Source: Mytilus edulis
Lineage: Eukaryota
DNA length: 64,000 nt
NCBI RefSeq assembly: GCF_963676685.1
Contig: NC_092351.1
Coordinates: forward strand, 44,020,001-44,084,000
Direction: 5' to 3'
Shown: one piece after another, positions 24,421 through 37,458 of the stretch
How positions within the stretch are numbered: the stretch's first letter is position 1
Layout of the letters: every line of letters begins with the position of its first letter
Notes under the pieces: generated by a model
What the model saw: the letters and a program-made list of their open reading frames with translations, nothing else
The model's database searches: none
Told to the model about the DNA's origin: nothing
Made by a program: the position numbers and the translations under genes

Positions 24421-26091
24421 GTAATACATAGGTATTACATCTATGGTTGAACATATTGTTGTTCTGAGTTAACGAATAAACTAACATTATAATTTGGAGT
24501 GTACTTATTTCTTGCTCTCGCTACAAGGTAGAAATTTACCACAACATTAAAAAGGAATGGAATTAAAGACAAATTGAACCAAGAGAATTTTTCGATACGA
24601 CTGGTTGTCGCGCTTTTTGCCATAATACATTGAATAGTTCAACAGTGATTTGTGACAGGTAGATCAAAATTCCAAGTACTATCTATTTAAATTATAGTAG
24701 TTCAAATTTCAAAATAAACGGGTTTTTTAGATGAAATTTTAGTTTATTATTTATTAATCCGACATCACAGCTTACATCTTTCAAAATTGTTACCTTAATC
24801 ACGCAGACGGACGGACGGACGCAAAATTGTAAGATCCACCGATGCATAGATCGGGAATTTTATTGCCCGACTACTAATTTTAAAGTTGTCGGGATATGAA
24901 AAAGGGGGTTTAAAAGGTTTTATTTTGAAAGTTATTAGTTTTCGAAATATGTATTATGCAAAAGTTTCCCTCTTTCTTTCAATTTCTAAATAAAAATGTC
25001 ATTGAACATAAATTACACGCAACATATTTCTAAATTTCTGAATAGCTATGAACAGATAAATTGCACGCACATAGTACAAAATCCACCTAGAGCACGGGTT
25101 GGTCTTTGTTTAATATTGTATATTTGTGTTGTTGTTTCTTTTTGGATTGTTCAAAATGCAACGGTACAATGATATGAATAACTTTTTAATTAATTTTGTT
25201 TTTGCGTGTCTCACTGTGTGTAGCGAAGTTTTGCAATACAGCACAAATTTCGTTTTATACTACCAGAAATAGTTTTTCAGAATATTACTTAAGTTTAGTT
25301 AAGCTTAAGAATTGCATACAATTATTTTTTTAAGCATGTTAAGACAGGTGTTACTTTCACTTTGTATAAAATGTAGAACGTATTAGGAAATACATACCTT
25401 AGCAAAACAATGTATTCCTGTAAGCCAAAACTGATACTAAGGTTGAGAAATATGTTATTTAGAAAAGGACAGGATTCAGGAAGAATTTTTTTATCAGATA
25501 ATTTGAAAATGTTCATGTCGGACCGGATAAAGCGGTTTCCGTGAAAGATTATCGGCATTTTTTTACTAAACTTATCAGAAATAATATACTAGTTTTGTCC
25601 TATATGTATGGAATACGTTAGCTAAAGGCTCGATTTAATAAGATTAAAATTGTAAGGTTTCCCCGTATATTTTTATTTTTACAAATTTCATATAAAACCC
25701 CACTAAAAAATGTGAAGGCATATATTATGTTGGATTTTCACCAGTACAGAGTTAAAAGACGCAGACTCGTCTAAAGTATACTAGTTTAATTTGTCATAGT
25801 TTTGTCGACCATAACTTTTGTTTCTCATGTTATGAACATGTATAACAGTTTTTACAATTTAATTTCGTTGAAATACACAAGAAATTTTTGAACAAAAACA
25901 ATACTGGTTATATTACCAAAAATTGAAAACGTTATACAACAAAAATCTATCCAAATAAACAAATATAACTGTGACAATTCTGCTTCTATTGGTACCTAGT
26001 ACATTAAAATCCGACCAGAAATGTCCCCACAATATTTTTTTGAAAAAACGTAGTTTTGTCAGAAAGCGACATGTTTTTTTTTATAACGTCA

Positions 26092-27452
26092 GCCATAAGT
26101 ATTCGTAAAAACAAAATGGCCGCCAGTCAATGTAAATCTGCACCTGAAAAAACTTGGAACTATTTAACAAGTAACAAAATAAAAAAATCCTACCTCAATA
26201 CTTTGTTATGTTTCCTTTGTTCCTCATTACTCGTAAAATCCTCCTTGGAATGCTGTTATACAACGATTTCAGGTAAGTAACAGTTAATTTGTCCCATATG
26301 TCACGAATTTCACGTTCCAGGTCTTTGGTATTATTTATGTCTTTGGTATTATTTATGTTCTGAGTTCGTTTTTGCAGTTCCCTTTTTAATACCCACCAAC
26401 AATGCTCTATAATATTGAGGTCGGGACTCTGAGCTGGCCAGTTCATACTTTTTAGACCCGTTTCCCTACGAAAATCTTGAACAGATCGGGCTCGATGGAC
26501 GGGGGCATTATCATCTTGAAAAACGTAGTTATCATCTGGAAAATGACGAACAACCACCGGCCACAAGTTATTGTCAATAATTTCAATGTATTTTAAGGCA
26601 TTTATATTACCTTCAACAACAGTAATAGTTCCGACACCATGGTAAGTGATGCATCCCCAGATCATTAAACTATACTTGCGCTGAGATGGAGGGCAAATAC
26701 AATCTGTCAGCCACTCTTCTCCGACCTTTCTCTAGACACTGACACGAGAATCCTGCCCAATGATTACCTTGCACTCATCACTGAAGATTACTTTACTCCA
26801 GTGTGCATTTACAGTTTTATGTAAATCCCCCCTGCAATATGCCACTCGTTTCTTCTTGTTGACCTCACGGATACGAATTTTTTTCTTTACTGACCGCTTG
26901 TGAAACCCATCAGAATGTAATTTACGTTCAACAGTTCGTTTAGAGAAAGGTCGATCAATGCTCTCATTAAAAATATTAGTAATTTCAGATAAAGATTTAC
27001 GGCGATGTTTTTTTACACAACGGGAAAGTTTTCTCATATCCCGGTCATGAAAGGATTTTGGTCTGCCTGTTCTCCGAAAGTTTCTATATCACCTCGGTGC
27101 TCATACCTCTTCAAAAAACTGTAAACAGTACTCTGTTTAATGCCTGTAAATTTGACGATTTCACTTTTTCTGTAACCTGCATCATTTAATGCAGCGAGAC
27201 GACTTTTCTGATCAGATGTTTGTTCTTTTCCCTTGCGACCCATTTTGTTTACATTAGATACAACGTAAGTGCAGACGCCTCTGACGTCATAACGCACGTG
27301 TCACATGACAACCACATGTTTTTCCACATGATCATCTATATATAGATTCATTGCCATCCCGATTGTGACATGGAGACGACGGTCAAATCTTGTTTACCCT
27401 TCCGTGACGTGACCGCCATTGTTGTTTTACGAATACTTATGGCGGAGTACTG
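26092..27452 (-). mobile_element. Tc1-family transposon (degenerate)
   Basis: Right end ...GAATACTTATGGCGGAGTACTG|TA; matching inverted core GCCATAAGTATTCGTAAAA at 26092. Left outer end is not resolved. Confidence 0.7.
26195..27243 (-). pseudogene. Tc1 DD34E transposase with a frameshift (~27075), a nonsense codon (26732) and an 18-nt duplication
   Basis: MGRKGKE start, FSDE, IWGCI, FQDDNAPVH, WPAQSPDLNIIE; 34 residues lie between the second D and the E. Confidence 0.92.
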
Positions 27453-27794
27453 TACCTGTATGAAAACTTGTGAAACTTTATCGTAACGTTACACGGTTTG
27501 ACGTCGATTTGCATAAGGTCGATTTCTATCCGACGCGGCTCATATAGAATAGAAAATAATGGGGTGCAAAAGTATAAAGTATAACCATAGAGGTATAATC
27601 AAAGGTTCATACATCTATGTTTATACATCTATGTGTATACATCTATGTTTATAGCTGTAATATGAGGAAGGCGCTACCTTAAATGCCAGCTTTGTACTAA
27701 GACAATGTCCTAAATATAGATTAGGTTGTTGGTTGTTTAACGTCCAGTGGCAAATATTTCATGCATGTTCAGAACGAATGTCCTAGGCTACATT

Positions 27795-28025
27795 GTGGGT
27801 CTCATTGGGGTCTAAGCGTGACGCGGGATTGACGATTTTTGTAAGCGTGACACGTGAAAGTCAAATAATTGTGTCGTGAAAACGGGAAATGAGGCCACGG
27901 TCTAGCGGGACCCGGGAAATGACAAAAATAATGAGAATTGCTTACGTACATAGTGTAAGCGGGATACGGGAATCTGACAAATCAGTAAGCAGGATCCGGG
28001 ATCGGAACCCCCCAATGAGACCCCC
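27795..28025. mobile_element. 231-bp MITE nested in the Helentron-like element
   Basis: TIRs GTGGGTCTCATTGGGG and CCCCAATGAGACCCCC; 6-bp TSD TACATT. Confidence 0.85.
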
Positions 28026-30699
28026 TACATTAATATATTGTTTATGTCTAAAATAAAATTATAAGTTCAGATGGAAAATGTGTAGGGAACGAACATTGAA
28101 CTTGAAAAGGCATGAGGGGTAATGGTATTTTTCCTGAAAAAAAATATTCTGATTCCCAAATTGATGAATAAAAAATCTATTCAAGCATACGACAAAAAAA
28201 ATATTTTGATATTGACCAAAAATGATTTTATCTTTCAGAAATGCAAAATAAATTGAACTTTTATATATCTAAAAACATAAAACTTCCCAAACCGCACATG
28301 TAACTCCGTACACAGTAGTTTTTAAGGTGATAATAAGGCTGTATTTGCCAATTTGTTATGATATACCTTTAAACTAGTGTTAAATTTTGACTAAATAAGT
28401 TTAATTGATAGCGCTGAAGGGCTTTCGTAAAAAAAAAATCAGACTCTAATAAACAAACATTTGTAATTCTGATCATCGTCAGTTTGTGAGTTCTACATCA
28501 ATTTTTTGTACTAATTAAGAGTCGGTTTTATGTTATTTTTTGCATATATATTTTTTTTTGTTACATGTACAGGATGTAGCTTACTTTTCAAGTTTTTAAA
28601 TGGCAGCAAAATAAAATTGAGAATGGAAATGGGAAATACAATTATTTTTGTATGTGCCTGTCCCAAGTCAGGAGCCTGTAATTCAGTGGTTGTCGTTTGT
28701 TTATGTGTTACATATTTGTTTTTCTTTCATTTTTTTACATAAATAAGGCCGTTAGTTTTCTTGTTTGAATTGTTTTACATTGTCTTATCGGGACCTTTTA
28801 TAGCTGACAATGTGGTTAAGGCTTTGCTCATTGTTGAAGGCCGTGTCATTTTTGTCTTTTGTGGATAGTTGTCTTATTGGCAAACATACCACATCTTCTT
28901 TTTTTAAAATACAAGCATACAAAAGTAATCATGTCATATTTTTGTGTCATAGTTGTTTTCAAGAAGACACATTTGGTTTCTAGACAATAACTTGAGTATA
29001 AGTGAATGGATCTCTATGAAACTTTAATACACAAAAGGAAGATTAGAATTGATTTTGGTACAACATTATTGGGGAGGGTTCTTTTCCAAATTTTGGGGTT
29101 TTCTTCCAAAAATTACCTTATTTACATTGATTATACTCGTCTAGTATTATATATAGATGCAACAAATAGTGATTTGGCAGGAGATGCACTCAAAATAGGG
29201 TATTTTTTATTTAATATTTTATCTGTAATTTGTGCACTTTTCCAATGATATGTACTTCTTGATAATGTCTATGTGAGTATCATGATGAAGAAAATATATT
29301 TAGTAAGTATATATTCACAATTGACCTGCTCAAGTGCACTGCAAAAGGATCTTCTTTCCCTTCAATTCCAAAAATTACACATGATTGTTTGTTCTCACAG
29401 AAACACATGAGTTATTTGGTAAATAAAACACTTGTCATTGTTTGAAACTTTCAATAATAAAAATTTAGTAAATAAAACACTTGTCATTGTTTGAAACTTT
29501 CAATAATAAAAATTTAGTTTAGCCTGTTTGAAAGTTTCAATGATTATGAACATTTTTAACAGAAAATGTACAAAACACTTGATAAAATTGCATTATCTGC
29601 AGAATTATTGATATCTTTCCTCACAATATATTCACAAGTACATTAGAACTAACATATTGTCCATGCTATTCTGATCTGAGTTTTTATTCATACATATACT
29701 GGCATGGCTGGTGCTGTTTTAAGTTCTCTTCTTTTTCTGTTTCTTGAGAAGTATTTGTTTAACCTGTTCAGTCACTATAAAGTGTTACAATTCTTATTTA
29801 GACGCAACACATAAATAGTGACCAAAAAGGTACTGCTTTCACATGAGAGAAGCTAGAAAAAAAATTAAATGTACACATTTTCAATATTTTTTTAGGACTT
29901 ACTATCATATGAAATTAAGGAGATATGTAGTTAGAGACTGCTGCTGAATAGAAATATGTGGGTTCACCTGATACCTGTTTTTAAATTAGTCCATATATTG
30001 AAGTTTAAAGGATCCAAAACTAAAACATGTTTGATTCTAACTGACATAAATATATTTTATATGCTAAACATACATCTGAGGTTGTATCAGGCTGTGCATG
30101 GTGAAGCATTTTATTGCCTTTAGGTTTGTACTTTTTTTTGTTTTGGTCATGAAAACAAATTTGTAGTTCTGATGTACTAGACAAAAGTTTATTCTATGCT
30201 AATTTTGTAGACTATCCTTGTTTACAATATAGATACATCATTTTAATTTTGAGTCCATGTAGAGTCATTGAAAAATGGGTTTGAAATTACATCTAAACAA
30301 TCCATGATACTGTAATGAGGTGAGTACCCAAATTCCATACATCATTACATGTATGGTTACTTTCAAATCCTTAAAACTGGGATATAAACATAAATTTTGT
30401 TTTATTTCTTCAAATATTTCAAACAATTTGACATTATTTAATACTTTAAACTATTTTTTTTTAAGAAAACTCAAAAGGATGCTGGTAACAAATTTAATTT
30501 GCTCATTTTAAAAAGATGATAATAAGATAACTTCACATGGTGAAAGCAAACTTAGTAAAATTTTTGAAGGTTTTTTTTGCTGAATAGGTGCAATTTGGTC
30601 ACTGAGTATAATTTTGGTACTGTGAGGTTATATAACCATAAGTGTGTATTGCTAAATAGGTTGAAATGTGAACCTGATAGTGATATAGCGATAAAGTAC

Positions 30700-31065
30700 T
30701 TGGTAGAGTGAAAATGTTTTGATTAGGTTTAAACTGATGCATAAAATATGCAGGCCACTGTTGCAGCTTGAATTTTAAAGGATGTAGCCCACATACTTCC
30801 AAGTAACATGCCCTGTATATACCTATCAAAGTTCTCATTCTCATGGGTTAAAATAAATCCATCTTCCAATAAAATCCAATTTTGGACAATATGGGAGCAT
30901 ACAAGGCCCATACAATATATACAGTAGTCAGTTCTAAATGTACTACTCAGACACAAGTTTCCTTTTATGAATAAACTAAGAGGGAGAAAACAAAACAGTT
31001 TCCATCTCCTGGGACTGTACATACTGTATATGGTGTGACATAATCATAGAAAAGATTTGTTGAGA
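30700..31065 (-). pseudogene. Frameshifted OTU-like cysteine protease domain
   Basis: VCTVPGDGNCF (core at 30995-31015), then in another frame SLFIKGN...VCSHIVQNW...FDRYIQGMLLGSMWATSFKIQAA. Confidence 0.7.
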
Positions 31066-32789
31066 TTTTGCCAAAGAAGTACAGAATTAGAAGATTGTGA
31101 ATTATTTGAATATTTGTTTGTGTTCTAAACTTTTGTTAAGTTTTGAATTAGTCTGTGGGCTACCATAGGATCCAGAGGGGGCGGTCCGTGGGGAAAAAAT
31201 GTTGATTATACAGGTAATCACTGAAGCCTGAAGCATGACTGGAGCACCCCGTCAGCGCCCCCCCCCCCTTTTATGAAAAATGCTGGATTCGCCATTGACT
31301 CCATGAATAACCGTGACAACCAGTCAACAGTATAATTATCACTGTTCCTTGATTTGGGGAATAATGTGGCAGATGAACATAAGTAGTCGTGGTCAACCAA
31401 TTCACCGAAGTTTACCCCGCATGCCGCATGGCCATTATAAAAAAAAAAATCCGAAATGTATTGCTTGCGGAGTTCTTTTCTGTGTTCCCATGCCTGGACG
31501 GAACTTTTACACTAAATATGTTATCGTTAACTGAGATTGTGTGACTTTTAAATGAAGTACCTGTGATTTTTAGGTAATTTGTTTTGACTTCACTGATAAT
31601 GGAATGTTGAAGCAGACGAAACATGGCGTCAGATGTTGTTGTCCTCACTTCGGTAATTTCCGTGGTACAATTAAATTTAGATAAGCTTCACAAGTTACAA
31701 AAATTTCTGAATTCTTGTTTTTGCAAACAAATAGAAATTCATGTCGTATTAAACATTGTAATTTTTCCGATCTGTCCCGTTTTTACAAGATCGCGTTGAA
31801 ACGTTAAATTTGGCCGCCATTAAAAAAATAAAATCGTACGAGATTTAACGAGAGTGACGAAACTTTTCAGATGGGTCGTCTAGAAAGAGTTATCGTTCTT
31901 TGTCCCAAAACGATGCTTCTACCATAAGTGCCAGCATAGCTGGCATATAAGCATACATGTATAAACTTTGAATCTTTTTTATTAGACGAAACGCGCGACT
32001 ATAATCCTGGTATCTATGATGAGTTAATTTACAACCAATGGGTCGATGCAACTACTGGTAGAGTTTGAATTCCCCGAGGGTATCACCAGCCCAGTAGTCA
32101 GCATAGAAATGAATTTATCATTGATATGGTCATATTTGTGATATTGATATATTTGTATTTTTTGTCGAAAATAGTTATTTAGGTAAACTTAGTGAGTATC
32201 CGTTATATAACAATCATTTGCAAATCGAGTTGTAAATGCATCAAAACATTATTCAATGCAAATACCAATTATTAAAAAAAGCGAATAATGATATTAATTG
32301 ATATATTTGAAATTCTTGTTTTCAAATTGGCCATCATCCAATATAGCCACCAGTACTTCAATATCCAAAGTCCTCAGATGATAGTCTTTGTCATTAGTGA
32401 TTACTCTACCAAATACGATCAAAAAACTGGTGAAGCTATTAATTATTTTTGTGATTTCTGTTGATTGATGGAGGCCATTTTAAATTGGGCGCCAAGAGCG
32501 GCCATATTTATATTCTGATTTGGGTGCATAGCTATAAATGTTGGTTATGACCTACACTTAAACTCTGCAAAGTTTGATGTTTTTACCACAATCTTAACAA
32601 TTGTTTCACAACTCAATGCTCTTCAACTTCGTACTTTATTTGGCCTTTTTAACTTTTTTTAATTCGAGCATCAATGATAGGTCATTTGTAGATGAAACTA
32701 TCGCGTATAAAATCTGAATCTTTTTTACTAGACGAAACGCGCGACTGGTGTAAATTCAAGTTTTAATCCTCGTATCTATGATAATTTTA

Positions 32790-33126
32790 TTTATACATCT
32801 TTGTCTATACATTTTTGTTTAAACATCTATGTTTATACATCTATGTCTATACATCTATGTTTATACATCTATGTGTATACGTCTTTGTGTATACATCTAT
32901 GTTTAAACATCTACGTTTATACATCTACGTTTAAACATCTACGTTTATACATCTATGTGGATACATCTCTGTTTATACATCTATGTGTATACATCTATGT
33001 TTATACATCTATGTTTAAACATCTACGTTTATACATCTATGTTTAAACATCTATACGTTTATACGTTTATGTGTATACATCTATGTGTATACATCTATGT
33101 TTATTCATCTACGTTTATACATCTAT
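32790..33126. repeat. 12-bp minisatellite (TTTATACATCTAYG-like); duplicate at ~40722-41102
   Basis: Tandem units read directly; unit number differs between the two duplicated copies. Confidence 0.9.
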
Positions 33127-33134
33127 ATATCGAA

Positions 33135-33350
33135 AAGAAGATGTGGTATGATTGTCAATGAGACAATTGTCCACAAAGGACCAAAATGAAACAGACATTA
33201 ACAGCTATAGGTCTCCGTACGGCCTTCAAAAATGAGCAAAGCCCATAGCGCATAGGCAGCTATAAAAGGCCCCGATAAGACAATGTAAAACAATTCAAAC
33301 GAGAAAACTAACGGCCTTATTTATATAAAAAAAAAAATGAACGAAAAACA
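33135..33350 (+). repeat. Abundant dispersed repeat (AAGAAGATGTGGTATGATTGCCAATGAGACAA...). Other copies at ~2995, 11840, 14500, 28640-28880(-), 38995, 41108, 54850 and 62485
   Basis: The same ~200 bp motif is seen at many positions in both orientations. Confidence 0.8.
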
Positions 33351-34406
33351 CATCCGTATGTTTATACATCTACGTTTATACATCTACGTTTATACATCTA
33401 CGTGTATACATCTATGTTTATACATCTATGTATGTTAAAGCATCTATGAAATTACAGTGAAAAATATGAAAAATAGATAATATAATACTGATTACAGAAA
33501 TGTACAATGTTTAAAGTAAAGAAATCATACGATTACAGATAAATTTTGATTTATAGTCATACAATGTCATTATGATTTTACATCATTCTTTTGAGGATTC
33601 ATAAATAAATAATAAAGAAACTAGAGGTTCCCAATAGCATGTGTCGCTCACCTGCATCTACTGTTGTTTTCGATATCATGTAAAATAAGTTTAAAACCAT
33701 AATTAATAGTCTAAGATACCCTAATATTAATTGAGGCAATTCTGTTGGCCCAGTGGTTAAACAAAAGCAGGTCCTCCCATTGTAGTCTTATAATAGTTAC
33801 TGAAGACCCCTTATTGAAATTAGTTTCAAAGTTGTGACATTTGCAATAGTTTTTTTTTCCATTGTAGACCCCAAGGTTTTATTTAGCCTTTGCAGACATG
33901 TTGGTTGGATGACTGGCGCATTTGACACATTCTTCAGTCAACATACCTTATTTAAAATTGGTGCTAATTTAACTTTTATTCTATTTGGACCAGTAGATTA
34001 AGTGGTAAATCTTTTGTAAAATATTACACAAATTTACGAAAAAAATGATATAAAGGGCAATAACTTCATAAGGAATCAATTGAAAATTTAAACTGGAATC
34101 CGCTTGTATTACGCTTCACTTAAACAACCGCTATGGCCCGATTTTTGCCCTGGAGATTTTAACGAGATTTCACGTTACTATGTTACATAGCAACGTCACT
34201 GTACCACATCCGGAATATTAACAAAAATGTAAACAAAACAGACGACAGTAGTTTTTAACAATTAACAAGAATTGAAAGAAATTTTAGAATCAGACTAGAG
34301 AAAAACATTAATATACATTGTAAAAATAGAAGCAAAAGAAATTATTACATGTAACAATGGAGAAAATGTTGAAAATCTTACACCTTCATCACCGAAATCA
34401 ACCCAC

Positions 34407-35237
34407 ATGTCAACTTCCAGTAATATTTCAACACCACAAAATTGTAACACTGTGAGAAAACAGCTTGGGGACATATCAAATATTACATGCACGCCAATCA
34501 GACCCAAGCATGATACGCTTAATGATTCTGGGATATTACTGTCTACACCTGAAATTGAAACAAATAGTCTTAATAGGAAAAACAAATCAAATAGTACAGT
34601 TACATGTAGTAAAGAATTATTTAAGGATACACCTATAAATGTTGAATGTCATGATCACATCTATAGTGTTGTTAGTACACACAGGAAGAGATTAAAAATT
34701 AAGTCTACAAAAGAAACTTTACCCAAAGAAGAAGAGACATTAGCAGTGAAAAGTCTGAAAAAAATAATAGTCAAACAACAACAATATGATAATTTATCAC
34801 CAATAGAATTCTAGCTGAAATCGTGCCACTTGGATCCAGATCTGCACTTGTATATAAACTCTTTTAAAGTATGATTCCTTCAAACATCTTATAACTGATG
34901 AACTGATGAAAATATTATCCAACCAGCATGATATTTAAAAAAACAGAAAAAGAGGCAAACTTAGTGTATGGGAAATCATTTGAGGATATGATAAATTTTA
35001 ATTGGAGTCAAATTGTAGAAGAACTTTGTGATGAATTCCCAGTTTTATGTCGCACAATATTGAATTTTATGCTACCAGATAACTTGACAGAAAAAAACAA
35101 AGTCTGATCGAATTACATCAATGGTCCCGAGGATAGGGTTTATTTACTCTTTGCTTGCACAGAGTCGCAACCAAGAATTGAACAAGGTTCAGCACGTGAT
35201 TAATACAATATTGTTTGACAACTTGTGTGAACTAAAG
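34407..35237 (+). pseudogene. Degenerate transposon-like coding remnant (duplicate at 42365-43193)
   Basis: Broken frames FNWSQIVEELCDEFPVL and MVPRIGFIYSLLAQSRNQELNKVQHVINTILF end at AG|GTAAA. The resemblance to DUF6589/Academ-type N-terminal regions is from memory only. Confidence 0.4.
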
Positions 35238-37414
35238 GTAAATTAAAGTTAATATATATACACTAAGGCCCTAAAAGGGGTGGGGGTGGGGGAAGGGGGG
35301 GGGGGGGGTTACTATGAATTTACTGCGATTTTTATTTCAAATTTCTAAATAAGTTATGATACACATTATAACACAATTACTTAATTACTTAGTCCATGAA
35401 TTTAGACTTAAAATAAAATATATATATAATACAATTACAATAGGGATAATATAACTTTATTCCCCAAAAAGCATATGATAAATCAAATCAAATTTGGGTT
35501 AAATGTACCTGCTTTGAGTCTATTTTAAATCAACTAATTTGTTTTCTTGAAACATGAAACATGAAACATTTCATTACACTAAAGGCCTCTCATGAGGCAT
35601 GATAGTACAACAATATAACAAATAAGATATAATGCATGAACAAACATATTTACAAATGCATGAATAAATGGGAAGGTAAATATCATTTGTAAATTGACAT
35701 TACAATTTTACAGAACTTGGCTAAGCCAACAAGAACAAATTTATCTTTGCTGTTCATTAAATTGGAGAAACTCATAGTATTTTTAACTTTACAAATTCTT
35801 ATTTTACTCAAATTTGTATAAGAGTTACCTCCCATTCAATATAAAAAAAATCAGATAAAAAATCAGATTTGGCGTAAAAGAGCTGGGACATAAGATACCA
35901 AAGGGACAGGAAAACTTGTAAATCGAAAATGAACTGACAACGCCATGGCTAAAAAGAAAAAAGACATACAGAAATAATAGTAAACATGTCATAACATAGA
36001 AAACTATAGATTAAGCAACACGAACCCCACCAAAAACTGGGTGTGGTCTCAGATGCTCCTTAAGGGTAAAACAGATTCTACTCCACATGTGGCACCCGTC
36101 TCAATGCTCAAGTTATTATTAATCCGGTAAATGGTCTAATTCGGTAGGCAACATTCGTGAAAAGGGAAGGGTTGTAGTTATGGCATGAGGAACATATCAG
36201 ATATCATCTGTGAAACGGTTATAGGACACATTTCTAAAACTAAATACTTTATTGATGATTGTAGCCAAATGTCGTAAAATTTGAGCCAGCAGTTTTTTCA
36301 GGAAAAATCTTTTTTTTTTAATTTAACAGAGGACGACGACGGACGACGGACGACGGACACAAAGTGCTGAGAAAAGACCACTGGCCCAATGGTCCAGGGG
36401 ATTTAAGAGAAATGTCAGACCCAATCCTGACTCTCATATTCACACTAAAGAAACATTAATACATCTGTTCAAACAGAAACACAAATAACGTACGTTAAAT
36501 TACATGCTTGTCTGTACTTACACCAGTTAAACCGTTTACCATACTCGGAATATGGATCGAATAGGATATTACCACAATACATCCCTTCAGTTTCATAATC
36601 TACATAAACATAACAAAGACAGTGAGACAACTAGTTATTTTGAGCAAAGCGATAAATATGATGAACATCTGTTATCTTATACTTCAAAGTTCAATCATGA
36701 TAATGAATATGTGTATTTTCGTCGACCTATAATAACTTTTTATCAATTGAAATTAGGGGCAATATGAGTGTTTCTATTGAAATGTTTAAAAAACAGAAGT
36801 TTATCATGATACTGTAATGAGGGTCTAAATGTGCGTTATCGTGTGTTATATCTACATGACATTGTCTAATCTGAAAACAACATTGAAACCTAGCACGACC
36901 ATTGACGATTGCTAAATAACATGAATAAATGGAGCACAAGACGTAACATTATAATTGCATCTTGGTTTTTTTTCCAACCAGTTTAAGTAGAACAACCAAA
37001 CAGTGTCCAGATGAAATCCTTACTCGTCATTAAAAGAGATTCAAGACAAATATTAAAGTGCCACTTCCGCAGTAAACACAATCTACCCACACATGTTTGA
37101 TGTTATCAAATATTTGTTAAACATATTTTTGACACTGTTGGTGGAATCCCCCCCCCCCCCCCCCCCCCCCCGAGGGTATCACAAGCCCAGTAGTTAGCAA
37201 TTATGTGTTGAGTTGAGCTCTCATTAATATGTTCATAATTATAAATTGACTGTTTACAAAACTTTGAATTTTTGAATTTCTAAGGCTTTTCTACCTCCTC
37301 AGAGTCTACCTCAGGAATAGATTACCTTTATTAGCTGTATTTAGAAAAAACTTTTGGTCCTCAATGGTCTTCAACTTCGTACTTTATTTAACCTTTTTAA
37401 AAAAATTTATTCGA

Positions 37415-37458
37415 GCGTCACTGATGAGTCTTTTGTAGACGAAACGCGAGTCTGGCGT
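37415..37458 (+). ncRNA. Minimal type I hammerhead ribozyme
   Basis: Stem I GCGTCA/TGGCGT; core CTGATGA; stem II GTCT-TTTGT-AGAC; GAAA; short stem III AC-GCGA-GT; cleavage triplet GTC. Confidence 0.85.

Larger units (their letters stand above)
16965..27541 (-). mobile_element. Sola-type DNA transposon (degenerate) hosting nested Ngaro and Tc1 insertions
   Basis: Perfect 34-bp TIRs GAGCCGCGTCGGATAGAAATCGACCTTATGCAAA (16965-16998 and 27508-27541). Flanks AATT/ATAT fit AWWT but are not identical. The joined flanks resemble an empty paralogous site at ~3930-4010. Confidence 0.7.
27660..31945 (-). mobile_element. Helentron/Helitron2-like non-autonomous element
   Basis: Absent from copy 2 (empty site AGCTG-TA-TAAGC at ~39874). 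Terminal hairpin TGCCAGC-ATA-GCTGGCA (31929-31945); subterminal inverted repeat ATGCCAGCT (27683) / AGCTGGCAT (31938); stem-loop AAGG-CGCTA-CCTT (27668-27680); OTU remnant inside. Confidence 0.7.

Noticed and set aside
32801-33161. ORFs with YIYVYTS repeats (also 40761-41163)
   Set aside because: Artefacts of a 12-bp minisatellite.
35277-35308. G-run with G-quadruplex potential (also ~43233-43262)
   Set aside because: Length-variable homopolymer in a decayed repeat; no supporting context.
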